Made by a program: the position numbers and the translations under genes. The notes under the pieces are model-generated. The model saw only the letters and a list, made by a program, of their open reading frames with translations. It searched no databases and was not told where the DNA came from. Below, in pieces: positions 1 through 12,854 of a DNA stretch of 64,000 bases; position 1 is the first letter of the stretch, and each line of letters begins with the position of its first letter. This DNA comes from Carcharhinus longimanus (Eukaryota), in the NCBI GenBank assembly GCA_030264375.1, contig JASCQW010000119.1, forward strand, positions 11,069,896 to 11,133,895, read 5' to 3'.

Positions 1-119
1 TAGGTAACTGCTGCAAATATTTGCATTCAACCTATGATAACAGCGGATAAATTCAGAGGCACAACTGTTCATTCATTTTGAATAAATGTGCAATCATCGT
101 TTAAATATTCTTTGAACAG

Positions 120-146
120 AAGTGACGTTCAATCAGAAACTGAAGG
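120..146 (+). CDS. Microexon 1 (27 nt, phase 1-1) of unnamed coiled-coil gene; [E]VTFNQKLK
   Basis: ttctttgaacag|AAGTGACGTTCAATCAGAAACTGAAGG|gtgagt; fits the 27/36 alternation and heptad register. Confidence 0.85.
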
Positions 147-2235
147 GTGAGTGAAATAAATCATTTCGAAATCGGTTTTGTGTTTTTTTTGACTGCCCTT
201 TGAAATATTGTAAAAACTGGTTAAGCAAAAACATTACTTTGTAAATGAAGGGCATTCAGAAAAATGCAGTGCATAACCGTGAAACAATCATATATAGGAG
301 GACGATTAAGTAACGGCAGAAAGGCAGGATGAGTTTAGAAAACTGCCGGAAATGTGAAGATTATCACTTACGTTCCTGCAACTTTAATAGATGAAAATAT
401 AATAACTTGAACACTGAACCGACTCCGGACAATATTCTAAAATAAAATAACAATACGAATAAACCAGCTTTGCGGTTGAAAATTAATTGTGTGTCACTTA
501 TGGAGACAACGATGATTTCGGACATTCCTTTAAGCTTAACGAGGAATCAATTACTGCAGAATACTCACACTATCTTAACTGAGAGTAAGTATATTAGAGG
601 AAGTTAACACTTTAAAATTGGGGCAATTGCCTACATCCAAGCTGTTCCTATTTATTATTTCAAATGCGTTTATCATAATCATGTATATTTTTCAAATTCG
701 GCAATTTTTGAGCAGAGAATTGAATATAAATTTATGTTATTTTAGAAAACTTCGGCCAATCTAGCATCTCTTTTGAAAGATAAAAAGACTTAATCATTAA
801 GTGTACGATAAATAAGTACTTGTGCAGTTTGAACTCTTAAGGGGGACAATAGGTACAAATAGAATGTCCAGAGTTAGCTTACGGTGAGAAATATGCAACT
901 GGCCTGCTTCCGAAAAGGACTGCCGAAATACCTTTGATAAAGATGAATGTAAGAGATGAATATAGAAAGTCAAAAGTCATCAAATCTAAGACAAATCCTT
1001 GAAGAAGTAAGACGATTAATACCTTGTACAAAACATATTACAAAGTGAAATGTATAATGGTTCTACGACTTCGGCTGTGCTCAGTAGCAATTAACGGTTC
1101 AAAAAGCACAGTAAAGATTTACGTGTGCTGATAACACAAGTATTAATGCAGCAAAGGGAAAAGTTGGTAAATGAATAATATGATAAAATAGATAAATGGA
1201 GTAAGTGAGTAATCATAACTGTGAGAGTCAGCTTTCCAGGCAGGACAATGCTCAGTCATCCATATTGCATAATGATGACAGATGGGAGAAGTTCCAAATC
1301 GTAATATGCTCACACATTATCTTCGGGTGCCAAGAAAATTTGGAAATCGCTGGAAGGTTATTCTGAATGTTTAGAATATAAATGTGAAGGTAGATAGCTC
1401 TGTGTGTTGCTTCATTTCCCCCAATCAAGAAGTGATTTATTTCCCATTGGAAGATTGGACCATAGGTCACAATATGTTACCAGGCATTAAACGAACTGAG
1501 CGAGAGGAGATTTGCGTAGCCCGGCCATGCCTTATATGGAATACAAAATTTTAAGTGTAAATTCATTAGCTGTTTTGCTTGCAAAATAAGATTGATAGAG
1601 CGTATGTTTCTAAATTGTGACGAGTCACGAGAACAGTAAAAAAAATCCATAAAGTTATCATATTCAAAAAGCGAGTAGTAAAAACAAAACGTCTGCACTA
1701 ACAACTGACAGGAATGCGGAGTTGGGTCGCATTGCATGCTCAAATGGTCATTAATTAAGGTTAGGGGAGACTCCCCTGCTGGTAAATGCAAATTTCACTG
1801 ATGATGGCGAATTGACAAGTTCAGTTCAACATTCCAAAACATTCGATGCCGGTAAGCAACAACATGTGACCAAGATCAACACTTGATTTGATAAGTGGTA
1901 AAGGTGAACCCCGCCGCGCAAAATTCAGAAAAGACAATGTTGACAATAGTGAATCAAAACTGACATTCACATTCAGCAGCATTATCTTCGCTGACCCCCT
2001 CACCACCGTCAAACAGCCCCACCGCCCCCACCCCCTCCCCCCCGCCCCCCACCCTCCACCATACACACACGCACACACACATACACAACCCACACGGTTC
2101 CATCCACAACCCTGGCAGCACTTTAATTTGCATGTGGAGAGTGAGGTTTCATATTTCATGTTATATGCGTGAATGAATGCATCCGTATCATGCAACATTT
2201 ATACCACAGGGAGATTTCTCAATACCTTTCAGATA

Positions 2236-3080
2236 TAAGACCACAAGATATTCAGCACAATTAGGCCACTCGACCCATCGAGTCTGCTCCACCATTCAAT
2301 CATGGCTGATATTTTTCCCATCCTCATTCTGCTGCCTTATCTGCATAACCCCGATCCCCTTATTAATCAAGAACCTATCTATCCCTGTCTTAAAGACATT
2401 TAATCACCTGGCCTCCACAGCCTTCTGCGGCAGAGTTCCGCATATTCACCACTCTCTGGCTTAATAAATTTCTCATCATCTCTCATTTAAAGGATCGTCC
2501 CTTTAGTCTGAGGTTAGGCCATCAGGACCTTTTTTCTCCCTACCAGCGGAAGCATGCACTCCACGTCCACTCCATCCAGGCCTCGCATTATCTTGTAAGT
2601 TTCAATAAGATCCCCCCTCATCCTTCTAAATTCCAACGAGTACAGACCCAGAATCCTCAACCGTTCCTCATATGACAAACTCTTCATTCCAGGGATCCTT
2701 CTTCTAAACCTCCTCTGGGTCCTTTCCAAGGCCATCACATCCTTCCCAACATGTGGGGCCTAACTCGCAGTACTCCAAATGGGTTCTCACCTGAGCCTTA
2801 TACAGTTTTAGAAGTACATCATTGTTCTTCTATCCTAACCCTCCGATCATGAATGCGGCCATTGCACTTGCCTTCCTAACTGTTGGCTGAACTTGCACGT
2901 TAAGGTAAAAGGAATCTTGAATAAGGACACCCAAATCTCTTTGTGTGTCTGATTTCGTTAGCATTTCCCCATTTAGAAAATAGCCTGCGCTTCGATTCCT
3001 CCTTCCACAATGCATAACCTCACACTTTTCCACATTGTATTCCATCTGCCACTTATTTGCCCACTCTCCTAATCTGTCCA
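2236..3080 (-). mobile_element. CR1-clade LINE, 5'-truncated 3' portion
   Basis: Minus-strand ORF2 C-terminal motifs DRLGEWANKWQMEYNVEKCEVMH and SYEERLRILGLYSLEFRRMRGDLIETYKIM, plus the CR1-type 3' tail near 2236. Confidence 0.92.
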
Positions 3081-3635
3081 CATCCTTCAGTTGAACAGGA
3101 CGACGATGATGATGATGGTGGTGGTGTTGAGACTAGCATTTGATTTGGATTAAAGTGAGGGAGAGTTGTGCAGCATCAGCCTCTCTCTCTCTTTCCAAAT
3201 CCCATCTGGATCCACTGGCAAGACAAGAGTCAAGATGGCTGGAGATGGCACGAGGCGCAATGGATGACCAGGACATCTTCTGTACCTTGTCCTGCTCTTT
3301 GCGTTCCACAATGCTTGCACAGAACCGCCTTCCTGACCGTTGGATCTTCCATTCGTCCCGTCCGCTCAATCCATTGGAGTCTGTCTTCACATGCTGGGAT
3401 AGGCATCTCCCTGTCTCACCGAGGGTTGAGACCCGTCGGCTACCCTCACTTGGTTTAGCCAGCTTCTCGAAGCCGTTGCCCAGGGTGTGGCCGCTGTCAC
3501 ATGCAAACAGCTACGGGGAGCCACAGGTGAGAGCTGAGTGCCAGGTGGGGACAAAGGATGGACAAACAGTCCTGAAAAGGACGCTATATGTTCTCCCACC
3601 GGAATTACTACCTCTCCCTGACACCCAGTACACCC
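3081..3635 (-). mobile_element. Non-autonomous RTE-clade element (RTE-like 5' UTR joined to an RTE-like 3' end)
   Basis: Minus strand begins GGGTGTACTGGGTGTCAGGGAG, contains CTCACCTGTGGCTCC...GCGGCCACACCC...GGCTAAACCAAGTGAGGGTAGCCGAC and ends GTCCTGTTCAACTGAAGGA. Resembles RTE-derived elements as I recall them (not database-checked). Confidence 0.75.
3445..3635 (-). ncRNA. Putative HDV-like self-cleaving ribozyme at the 5' end of the RTE element
   Basis: Manual fold: P1 GGGUGU/ACACCC, P2 CUCAC/GUGAG, P3 GGC/GCC, P1.1 CC/GG, GGGCAAC junction, P4 GGCUUC-GA-GAAGCU, J4/2 GCUAA. Confidence 0.65.
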
Positions 3636-4592
3636 AAGCACCTAGGCGTTTAAGAAAGGCAGGCTCCTGTGAACATCACTATAAATAAAACCTCTCTTGC
3701 GAACCTGAAGGCATGCTGACTTAGAACCATTTAACAATTACGTCACTGCCCAGAAATGAATGTGTACTCCAGCTGGAACATATTAAACGAACTAGGCATT
3801 ACACGCTCTTAGTGTAATTTCTAACCATGTCGTGTAGTTTCATTCGAGGTCACTGAATCACAACAAAAGTAATATTTGCGAAAGTGATAAAAAAAAGGTT
3901 AATTGGTGCGCACGATTGCTCATAATTGTCATGGTTACCTCAGGTAATGCAAACATAATTCATTTGGCCCCATGTGATATCTACATTTGTTTGGTGTCTA
4001 AAAGCAATCGTGTGATGTACAAGAGCGGGGTTGTAAAGGGAAAACGAAGTTAATTCCACAATTTCGACAAGCCCTGCGATCATGTTCATTGTGTTGATAC
4101 AGATGTTGTCCAATGATTTTTGGGTTGCTACTGCAGTACATCTTGCAGATGGCACATACTGCTACCACTGTGTGCCAGGAGTGGAGCAATGTCGTAGGTG
4201 AAGCAGTAAGTGTTCAGGGAATGATGTTTTCTCCTAATAACGTGGAGTTATTTCAGCGTTGTGGGAGCTACGCTTATTTGGCAAATTGGATTTTTTTTGT
4301 ATATAATTTGTAAACCTTACCAGTCTCTCACCCGAGCTTGGGGCTGCAGACATAACATGGCCAAATAAAGGTAAAGTTCATATCATGCAGACATAAGGCT
4401 GTTTATGCTGAGAACTTGAGAAAATAATTTCCCTGAATCACAATGTGAGTTAAAGTCGGGTATCCCGATGTTTTTTACAGATTACCATTTTGGGTGGCAT
4501 GAATGCCCATTGTTCAAGGTCAACTCGCATCAAAATGCAATTCAAGGCTTGCAACATGTCAGCTCATGTAGTGTTTTACAAATTTGTTGCAG

Positions 4593-4628
4593 AGATAGAG
4601 ACTTTAAAGAAGAGTCTGCAAGACGTAG
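4593..4628 (+). CDS. Microexon 2 (36 nt); EIETLKKSLQDV
   Basis: aatttgttgcag|AGATAGAGACTTTAAAGAAGAGTCTGCAAGACGTAG|gtaaat. Confidence 0.85.
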
Positions 4629-5228
4629 GTAAATAGACATCAGTTTGTTATTCTGCACCCAAATGTAAATAGGGTATTTTTATTATTCACCACCGGCTGT
4701 GAAAATGAAGCGGCGATCGTTTGCCCTCATTAATTACTTAGTTTGACTCATCATTCGGCGATCATATTCAGGAAGTTACAATGGGTGATCAAGTACATGA
4801 GCATCATGGCTCATTGCTTATTTCATTCTTACGTCTGTTTCAATTCTAAATGTCGAGTGCAATGTAGCAAAAGTGATGGAGATTGGTTCATCTGTGATTT
4901 AAAAAAAAATCCCTTTAAGTGAATGGAAGCAAAAAAGGTGGTGAAAGGCATATTTTATGCAGAAAGATTTATTCAGTAGCTATAATTGGTTTTGGAGGCG
5001 ATTTCATCTACTTGACTCCATCGCTAAATGTTAGGAAACATTCCTTAGAGATTGCACTCGTGTTTCTTATTTCGGTCATATGTTACCTTGACCAATTTTA
5101 TTAACACGGCTCCAGTAATGTAGTTTTTTTTTTCAAAACGAAGTGTTTCTAAATTCTTTTTGCATACCTCAGTTATCTTCTTGTCCCCACTGGCATTAAT
5201 TGGCAATGTAAACCTTGCAACGTTTTAG

Positions 5229-5255
5229 ACAAAGAGCTAACTCAGAAAGAGAAAG
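5229..5255 (+). CDS. Microexon 3 (27 nt); DKELTQKEK
   Basis: caacgttttag|ACAAAGAGCTAACTCAGAAAGAGAAAG|gtaagt (consensus donor). Confidence 0.88.
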
Positions 5256-5899
5256 GTAAGTATGCAAGAAACACCTACTTGAAAGTATTGAAACTCGAAA
5301 AAAATGAACGATAAAATATCGTTCCTGTTGTTTGTAAAATTGGTTACACTTTTCAAATCATCAACATCTTATAAACGTGTGAATACATTTTTAGGACAAG
5401 CATGTGCCATGTTGGCAACTTCACACTTAACTACCATGATCCTTAATCTGTCTGTCCTGCATGGATGGAGGTAAGATCTTTGGAAAAAACATTTATTGAT
5501 AAGTATATTGATGTATTCGTGTATAATTTTGTATTCCTGTGTGTGTGCGTGTGTGTGTGTGTGTGTTATAACCTTGCAGGATCCCTTTGGGAGTGGGTAT
5601 TTCTGCCGTATTTCCCTGACTTAAAGCAGGCTGAGTGTAATTGAGTTTCAGTCTTTAGTCTTGAATAAATGAGTCTCAGTAAATTTCAGGCAAATATGCT
5701 CGACAAAGGTTGTAACCTTGTGTATAACATTAATTGCAGGAAATTCCTTTAGAAAATCAATTTTAAATGTTCTGGGCTGTCTTGTATGCACTCCCTTTAG
5801 GTCTTCATTGAATATATTAACTTTGCTCCTCCAAATGTGTCTGCAAAGGAACCAATGGAGTGAACGTTACAACGAAATTGGAAATGAGCCAGGAATAAC

Positions 5900-6270
5900 A
5901 TTAGAACCATAGAACCACAGAACATTGCAGCACAGAAACAGGCCTTTTGGCCCTTCTTGGCTGTGCCGAACCATTTTTCTGCCTAGTGCCACTGACTTGC
6001 ACCTGGACCATATTCCACCACACCCGTCTCATCCATGTACCTGCCCAATGTTAAAAGTGAGCCCGCATTCACCACTTCATCTGGCAGCTCATTCCACACT
6101 CTCCCACCACTCTCTGTGTGAAGAACCCCGTCCCCCCCCCCCACACACACACACACACCCCGCAATAATCCCGTTAAACGTTTCGCCCTTGATCCTTAAC
6201 CCGTGCCCTCTAGTTTTTCTTTTCTACCCTAACCTCAATGGAAAAAGCCTGCTTGCATTCTATCTATTTG
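5900..6270 (-). mobile_element. CR1 LINE 3' end fragment with internal C/(CA)n tract
   Basis: tagaaccatagaaccacagaaca tail; minus translation RVWNELPDEVVNAG. Confidence 0.8.
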
Positions 6271-6559
6271 TACCTAACAACAATGTAGGAAAATATTATA
6301 TTGGAGGATGTTAGAATGCAAATCCTACTTTTTAAGGATGAATCTTGGTGGTGAACTGAAAGGCGGGCTTGGCAGACGTCGCCATACATGCACATGACAG
6401 CCTCAATATCCTAAAAGGCACGTGGCTCTGAAGTTCATCAAGATTTTCCCATTTGTGCACATCGGCACGCAAATATTTATGTTTCCAAGACTCACGGGAT
6501 GAAAGGTTATGAGCAAGACAGAAGTCAGCCCAGATTAGAAACAGGAGATACCATAGAAT

Positions 6560-7070
6560 TTCAAATGCACACAATGCACTAGAGGCCCTTCGGCAAGTCG
6601 GGTCTGCATAGACAGGCGAGAACCATCTGGCCAACTCGCCTGATACCAATTACCAGCGATTCGCCATAACCTTGAATGTTATGACGTGCCAAATAGTTCT
6701 CCAGGTACCTTTTAAATTGGGAAGAAACCCGCCTCCACCGGCCTCACGAACAGCATATTATAAACCGCCTCCACCCATTCGATCAAAAGGTTTTCCTCAG
6801 TCCCCTCCTCCTTTGACCTTCTGGCTCTTGCATTGAACTTGCGTCCCCTCGTGACAACGTTCAGCAGAAAGGAAAACTGCTCCATACGCACGCTATCATG
6901 TTCCTCATAGCCTTGCGTAGTTCGATGATGACGCACCCCCTGTCCTATCTGCTCCAACGAAAATAAACCATGATTTTGCAACCTCCCTTCGGAACAAGAA
7001 TGCTCCGTTTAAGGTAGCATTCTGGAAACGCTCCTCTGCAGCCCAATACAGTATCATCCTTCCCATGATA
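6560..7070 (-). mobile_element. Old CR1 3' fragment
   Basis: Degenerate GLFSLEQ...VVTRGRKF on the minus strand. Confidence 0.6.
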
Positions 7071-7099
7071 CATATCAAAGCAGATAATTACAATAGATC

Positions 7100-7850
7100 C
7101 TTCCTGTAATATCCCAAAAATGCAGCATAAGTTAGAATTGGCCGACAGCTTCAGTTTTTAGATGTCCAGATCATCAACAACCTATCCTGGTCACCCTCAT
7201 GCCGAGACTCCCCTTAAGAATGCCCACTAATGCTTCCACTTGCTCAGAAGGCAAAGGAATTGGGCATGTCAACTGAGACTCTCACCAACCTTTTCAGATA
7301 TAGCATAGAATACATNNNNNNNNNNNNNNNNNNNNNNNNNNNNNNNNNNNNNNNNNNNNNNNNNNNNNNNNNNNNNNNNNNNNNNNNNNNNNNNNNNNNN
7401 NNNNNNNNNNNNNNNACTTGGTGTGGCTCCTTTTCTACCCAAGACCTCAATAAACTACAAGATGTCATGAATATAACCCAATCCATCCCCGAAACCAGCT
7501 TCCTATCCATTCATCTTGCCGACATTTCCCGCAGCCTTAGAAAATGAGGCAGCATAATCCCGGATCCCACGTACCCTTCCACCTTCTCCCGTCGGGAAAA
7601 AGATATAGAAATCTGAGGTCGGGTATCAAAAGACTCAAGAACAGGTTGTTTCCTGTTGTCCTGAGACTGTTGAATGGACCTACCACGCACTACGTTGATC
7701 TTTCTCGAAAATTTAACTACAACTCTACATTCTGCAATCTCTCCTTTTCTTCTCTATGAACGCTATGTTTTGTCTATATAGTGCGCAAGAAACAATACTT
7801 TTAACTGCATACTGATACAGATGACAATAATAAATCAAATCAAATTAATT
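7100..7850 (+). mobile_element. Rex1/Babar-like (L2-related) LINE 3' portion spanning an N gap
   Basis: GMSTETLTNLFRYSIE...WCGSFSTQDLNKLQDV...LLPSGKRYRNL...RLKNRLFPVVLRLLN; ends aataataaatcaaatcaaat. Confidence 0.8.
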
Positions 7851-7869
7851 CAAAGAAACATAAGTGATG

Positions 7870-9660
7870 TGAGCATCGTCAGGGGACATTCCCATGTGAG
7901 GCTTTGGCAAATACAGTGGTAAAAGTGGAAGTAGTGCCCAGTGCTAATGTGCTTACTGCCGAAGAAGCAGATCGACGCTAGCAATTTGTGTGGTGGATAA
8001 GCGTGGTGCAAGGGCCACTATAGAGTAGTAAATGCAAATGCCATAGGAATCGACCATCAGCCTTCATTCCTCCAGTAAGATGAAGCTTCAGGGAAGGACA
8101 GATTTTTCTCAACGGACAGCTGTAATCAGTGTCAAAGCCATAACGACATGCTCGAGAAGGACGGGGTGGCGCAAGAGAAGGTCACAAAGGGATGCACAAT
8201 AAGCTCATTAAATGAGGAAGACTCAGTCCAAGCAATTAAGCCTACAGATCGCAGCTCATTTATCTAATAGTGTGAGAATAGCAGTGTGTTTGAAGGTCGT
8301 CCCTGTACAGAGAGGTCATCACAGACTTTATGCTGGAAAGGACGGCGAGTGGGGCAAGCATGTGACAATCATTTTCTGCAACCTGAATTTTATCGTGGTG
8401 TTGAATTTTTATTGCTCATGATTACTCCAGCAATTCATCGGAGATTCGTCCGTGATCTCATTTCTGGTTGTTTATCAGTGCATGTTGGTGACCGCCATTG
8501 TTATCCTCAAAGGATTGAACAACATGTTAGATTCGATATTGAGACATTTATGTTTAATGTGCTCAAGGATCGAGTTTCAACTCTGCTTTGCCACAAAATA
8601 CGGTGAAAACGATTTCACATTTGCAGCCAACAAACTCCCACTAAGCAGAGAAACAGATCAATTGCACGGACATTCCGCCATTCAATATGCAATGGCCAGC
8701 TATTCAAGGAGGCTGCACGGTTAGATGGAAGCAACAACATTAGGGTTTCCCGAATGGTTTTCCCTCTGTACACTTCAAGGATGGGTCCTGCATGACAGCG
8801 ATCGACATATTGACGAATATCCTAACGAAGACTTTAGGAACTCATGCACTGCTGCAGCAGGGCGGTGAAACGTCTCTCACGGCGCAATGAGTTCAACAGT
8901 CCAGCAGTTACAGCACTTTGACTGACAAATATTTCTTGGGAAGTTTTATACCAAACTCCAAAATGTTTGTCCTGACTTGCGCTCTTCTCACAGAGGGGAG
9001 AAAACATCCGAAAACTTTTCTGAGAGTTTGAATATTTTGCTGACTATGTGGGGTTTGACCTATGCATTTGTATTTGACAGTATTCAGCGACAGGCCGAGT
9101 CAACTGAAGGCAAAATTGAAGAGATTGAGAGTAGTTTGCATCTCAGATGCAGGGCTGACAACATTACAATCACTTGTAATATCTAGGCCATGTATGATGT
9201 TCCATGGCTAGTTTAGTTTGGTACGGAGGCGAGTGAGGGTAGAGGTTTCCTATCTAGACAGTGCACAATACACCAGTGGGCAATTGATATTTGATGAGAG
9301 GTGTCGTCAACGTCGGGTGCATTGTGAATACAGTCACACAGCCTTTCTTGAGACAGCTGTAGATGTCGAAGTTGTCAGTTTCAAATCTTCGGAGCAAAAT
9401 CCACAGGATCTCATGAACTATTCATTTTCCCATGCTTTGGCAAGGATGAACTGATCCTAATATTTTCTCCAGATATGTTCCCTGCATTCCCATGACCACC
9501 AAGCACCATTGGGGGATAATCAGCTGGAAAGTATAAAGGGAGACAGTGTTTCTGGGATAATTGTCTCAGCCACATGAAGTAAACTATTGAGAAGAATCCA
9601 ATCAGTGAATTCCGTATGAACCGGACAAAAAGAAATAGATATGTTTTCGGGCATGATTTA
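7870..9660 (+). mobile_element. Heavily decayed hAT-family transposase
   Basis: Collinear degenerate motifs across frameshifts: CAYC...KCH zinc finger (~7950-8045), ...GVA-x-xGH (~8160-8187), CIPMTT...LSH dimerisation-like segment (~9485-9575), EF...FG terminus (~9608-9652). Confidence 0.55.
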
Positions 9661-10402
9661 TCTCTCTTCGTGAACATAGGACACAAATTATATTCCAGAA
9701 AGTGCACAAGGGACGGTATATTGTTACTTCCAAATCGATAGCATGTGCACAGGGAATACTGACGTGAGCACATATTTATCACATTCGAAGGCCATAACTG
9801 CACGAACGTTGTGACCAGCAACGTTGTTGGATTTATCAGTACGATTGTTTCCATAACCGTCACGTAGATCATACGTGGAAACGGTCACAGCGTGCTGGTA
9901 ATAGCCCTGGACTGTATGAGCAATAGCATCACGTTTAACGAGATGTTAGGAACATCCGTTACGGTGTTGATTCTTAAGCAGAACTGGCTCCCATTCTGCC
10001 CATGGTCTTTCCGTGGGCTGATTGCTTAATTTTATTTTCATGTCACGGTGAACAGCATATTTCTGACTCTCTCGTGAGTTTTCTTCCATCGCCAAAACGC
10101 CCACTTTAACTCCTTCAATTGTTTTTCTGTATCAACCTTGAGCTGTTGCACCGCTAGCTGTTTCACTTGTAGTATCCGTTTTTCTCTCCCAAGCTACCTG
10201 TTTTGGTTCCAGAATCGTACACTTTTCAGCTTGTTTTACTAGCCGTGGTACCAACTATGATCGAATGCAGTAAGGGAAACATTTGAGTCTAACATAGTTG
10301 ATTTTACTTGATCCCGCGAATATTTGATCCTGAAATTCAACTGAATATTTGAATGTATTCCAAATTGTTGATGTGTTGCATATGGATAGAATTCATAGCG
10401 TC

Positions 10403-10722
10403 CATAGAATCCCTGCAGTGCAAAAGGAGGTAATTCATCTCATTGAGTCTGCACCAACAGAAATCCCACCCCAAGCCTTATCCCCACAACCCTACATATT
10501 TACCCCGCTAGTCCATCTAACCTGCACATCCTCGGACATCAAGGGACAATTTAGCATGGCCATTCAACCTAATACGCACATCTTTGTACCATGGGAACAC
10601 CAAGAGGAAACCCACGCAGACACGGGGAGAATGTGCAAACAGACAATGACACTATTCGGGAATCAACCCCAGGTTCCAGGAATTATGAGGCAACGGTAAC
10701 AGCCATTGCGCCACCGTGCCGT
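10403..10722 (-). mobile_element. HE1-like V-SINE
   Basis: ggaaacccacgcagacacggggagaatgtgcaaac (V-domain, reverse) and tRNA-like head ending gccaccgtgccgtc. Confidence 0.9.
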
Positions 10723-12854
10723 CCCTTGTGCGGGGTTGATTTTAGTGTTGAGATATTAATCTTCTTCCTGTGTATTTTAGAAAAAATTACATTTTGTCGA
10801 ACCTTTGTGTCTTGCAATTAACTAGACAATCGCATGAATACCAGGGGAAACAATGACTTCCCACGGTATCAGAAGAAGTGCTGATTGGTTTACAGTCTGA
10901 TACGAGTTGCTGCATACATTGCTATGAAATTCGGAACAATAGTTGCTGACAGTTAATTATCAATAATTATTTGAAAACTTAAACTAGGCAATTTAATGCT
11001 ATTTAATGAAAGAATTATCTCTTGAAGAACGAAATAGCAAATGATTATCAATTATTTTGTTCCGCGAAAACAGCCGCAAAATGCATATTTTATTTCTATC
11101 TGCAAATAATATCGCCCTGTGTACGAGTATAAGCCAATTCCTGTATACGCGAAGACGCTGTACTGTGCGTGCGACTGACAATACCAAATAGGTTGTCAGA
11201 GGAATTTTTAGTACACTGAGGATTACTTTGCAATAGTTCTCCATTCGCAGCACTTGCTAACCGTTTTAAGCATCCAAACTCCTTTATCAATATAAGCATC
11301 TCCCTGCCATCTCCATCATCTGCTTGTTGCAAATGGCCTTTTTTTTATTCATGTGATTATTTCAGTTGGTGTCGTAAGCTTACATGCTTCTTTCAACACG
11401 TTCTTTTCTCTTTTAAGTCTATAGAAATGTAAAGTTGGGCAAGGTGCAAAGTCGACGAGGGCACCGCCCCAGAACTCCAAATTATCCATATCTAGCTGGA
11501 GGCGTAAGACAGAGTGAGGAATAATAGATCACTAAATACTTCTGAGACTTTTGTTATTTAATTACAGATATCCACGCTTTGAAGACGAGTTTGCAAGATG
11601 CGGGTTAGTCCTATAGTTGGGCAACCACAGCTAGAATAAAACATGATCTCTATATTGCTGTCAAATAAAAGAAATGTTGCACTTACCCTATGTAATCAAA
11701 CAACTGAAATTTGAGTTGAGAACAATTGCTATCTGGTTAAATTGTTTACCAGAATTCACCTGATCCTATCTCTTAAACATGTTATGCTCCTTGGGAACAG
11801 CTTAATGACCACTGGCAGTGTCGAGGTGGATCTTTTTTTGTTTTCTTTCGGGACCTTTAGATGTGGAGGTTGAAACAGGGTAAGTGGAGATGGGTAAAAA
11901 AAACAAGAATTTCTTGGAGCACAGAAATCTTATTATCACTGACATTAGGAGTTGATATATATTAATAATGCGTTGGAAACTACCAATTGAATTTACAGTT
12001 ACCCGTTTGTGTATTTCGTATGTGAAATTATGTTGACAAATTGTAAAGGCATCTATGCTGAGTTTAACTTTGTTCATACCTGTGCCTTTTTGATGTCATT
12101 GCATTTTTCTTTATAATTCAATTAGAGGCCGCTCTGCGAAATCACATGAATGGTAAATGTGGCTATGTTATTATACATCTTTATTTTTAGCACAGTTTTT
12201 TTTTCCACGTGCGCGCAGTGATCACCTCCTATTGTGCTTGCATGTGTTCTTTTCACTGATACAAATAAAAGTATATATGGTCACTGCAGGGCCTTGAAAA
12301 TAATATTACATATTAAGATTAGTAACAAAACGAAAAAATTACAACGAACCAGGTGGTTTTAGCAGTTCTATTTGAATCTTGCAAGGCAAGGATCTCCAAT
12401 AGTTTAATGGATGTATACTGTGCTGTGGAAGGTTGTGGGTGGATTGATACCAGTAAGATGTCTCTACCTGAGGTAGGGTGCATTTTTTGGCAAAAAAATA
12501 CAAAACAGATCTTTGTAAATCTTAGAAGGAATTTAGGATAAACGTTTGTTTTTAATTAGGGAGTTACTGACATGTGTAAAACATTGCAACGAAGCTACCT
12601 GAAATTGTACAGATGAGTTGATGACACTTAATTAAATGAACATGAAAATTAAAATAAGGTAATGTTAAGAGAATCGGCATTTTTGATGAGAGTGCCGCGT
12701 GGATCATGGAGCCAGGCATAGAACTTATATTTTCATGTAATTGTATTTGCTAACTCCATGGTATCAGTCTGTTCAGTACGTTTGTGATAATTAAATATTA
12801 TCATCATAATTATATGCTTCATCTTTATACATTTGGACCGCTGAATTTGCTATC

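Noticed and set aside
560-591. Consensus GTAAGT donor at ~586 with an upstream CAG
   Set aside because: Resulting exon is not 27 or 36 nt, does not end in G and has no heptad pattern.
3140-3688. 182-aa + strand ORF
   Set aside because: It is the antisense of the RTE-type element; no recognisable protein.
9411-9872. 153-aa hydrophobic minus-strand ORF, superficially GPCR- or Mab-21-like
   Set aside because: No convincing family motifs; overlaps the antisense of the decayed hAT-like C-terminus.
11424-11450. Strong pyrimidine tract plus AG followed by sequence resembling exon 5 (aaagttgggca)
   Set aside because: In-frame TAA and no GT at +27 or +36; at most a dead exon.
12323-12352. 30-nt AG/GT-flanked open segment
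   Set aside because: No pyrimidine tract, weak donor (GTGGTT), contains Pro and is the wrong length.
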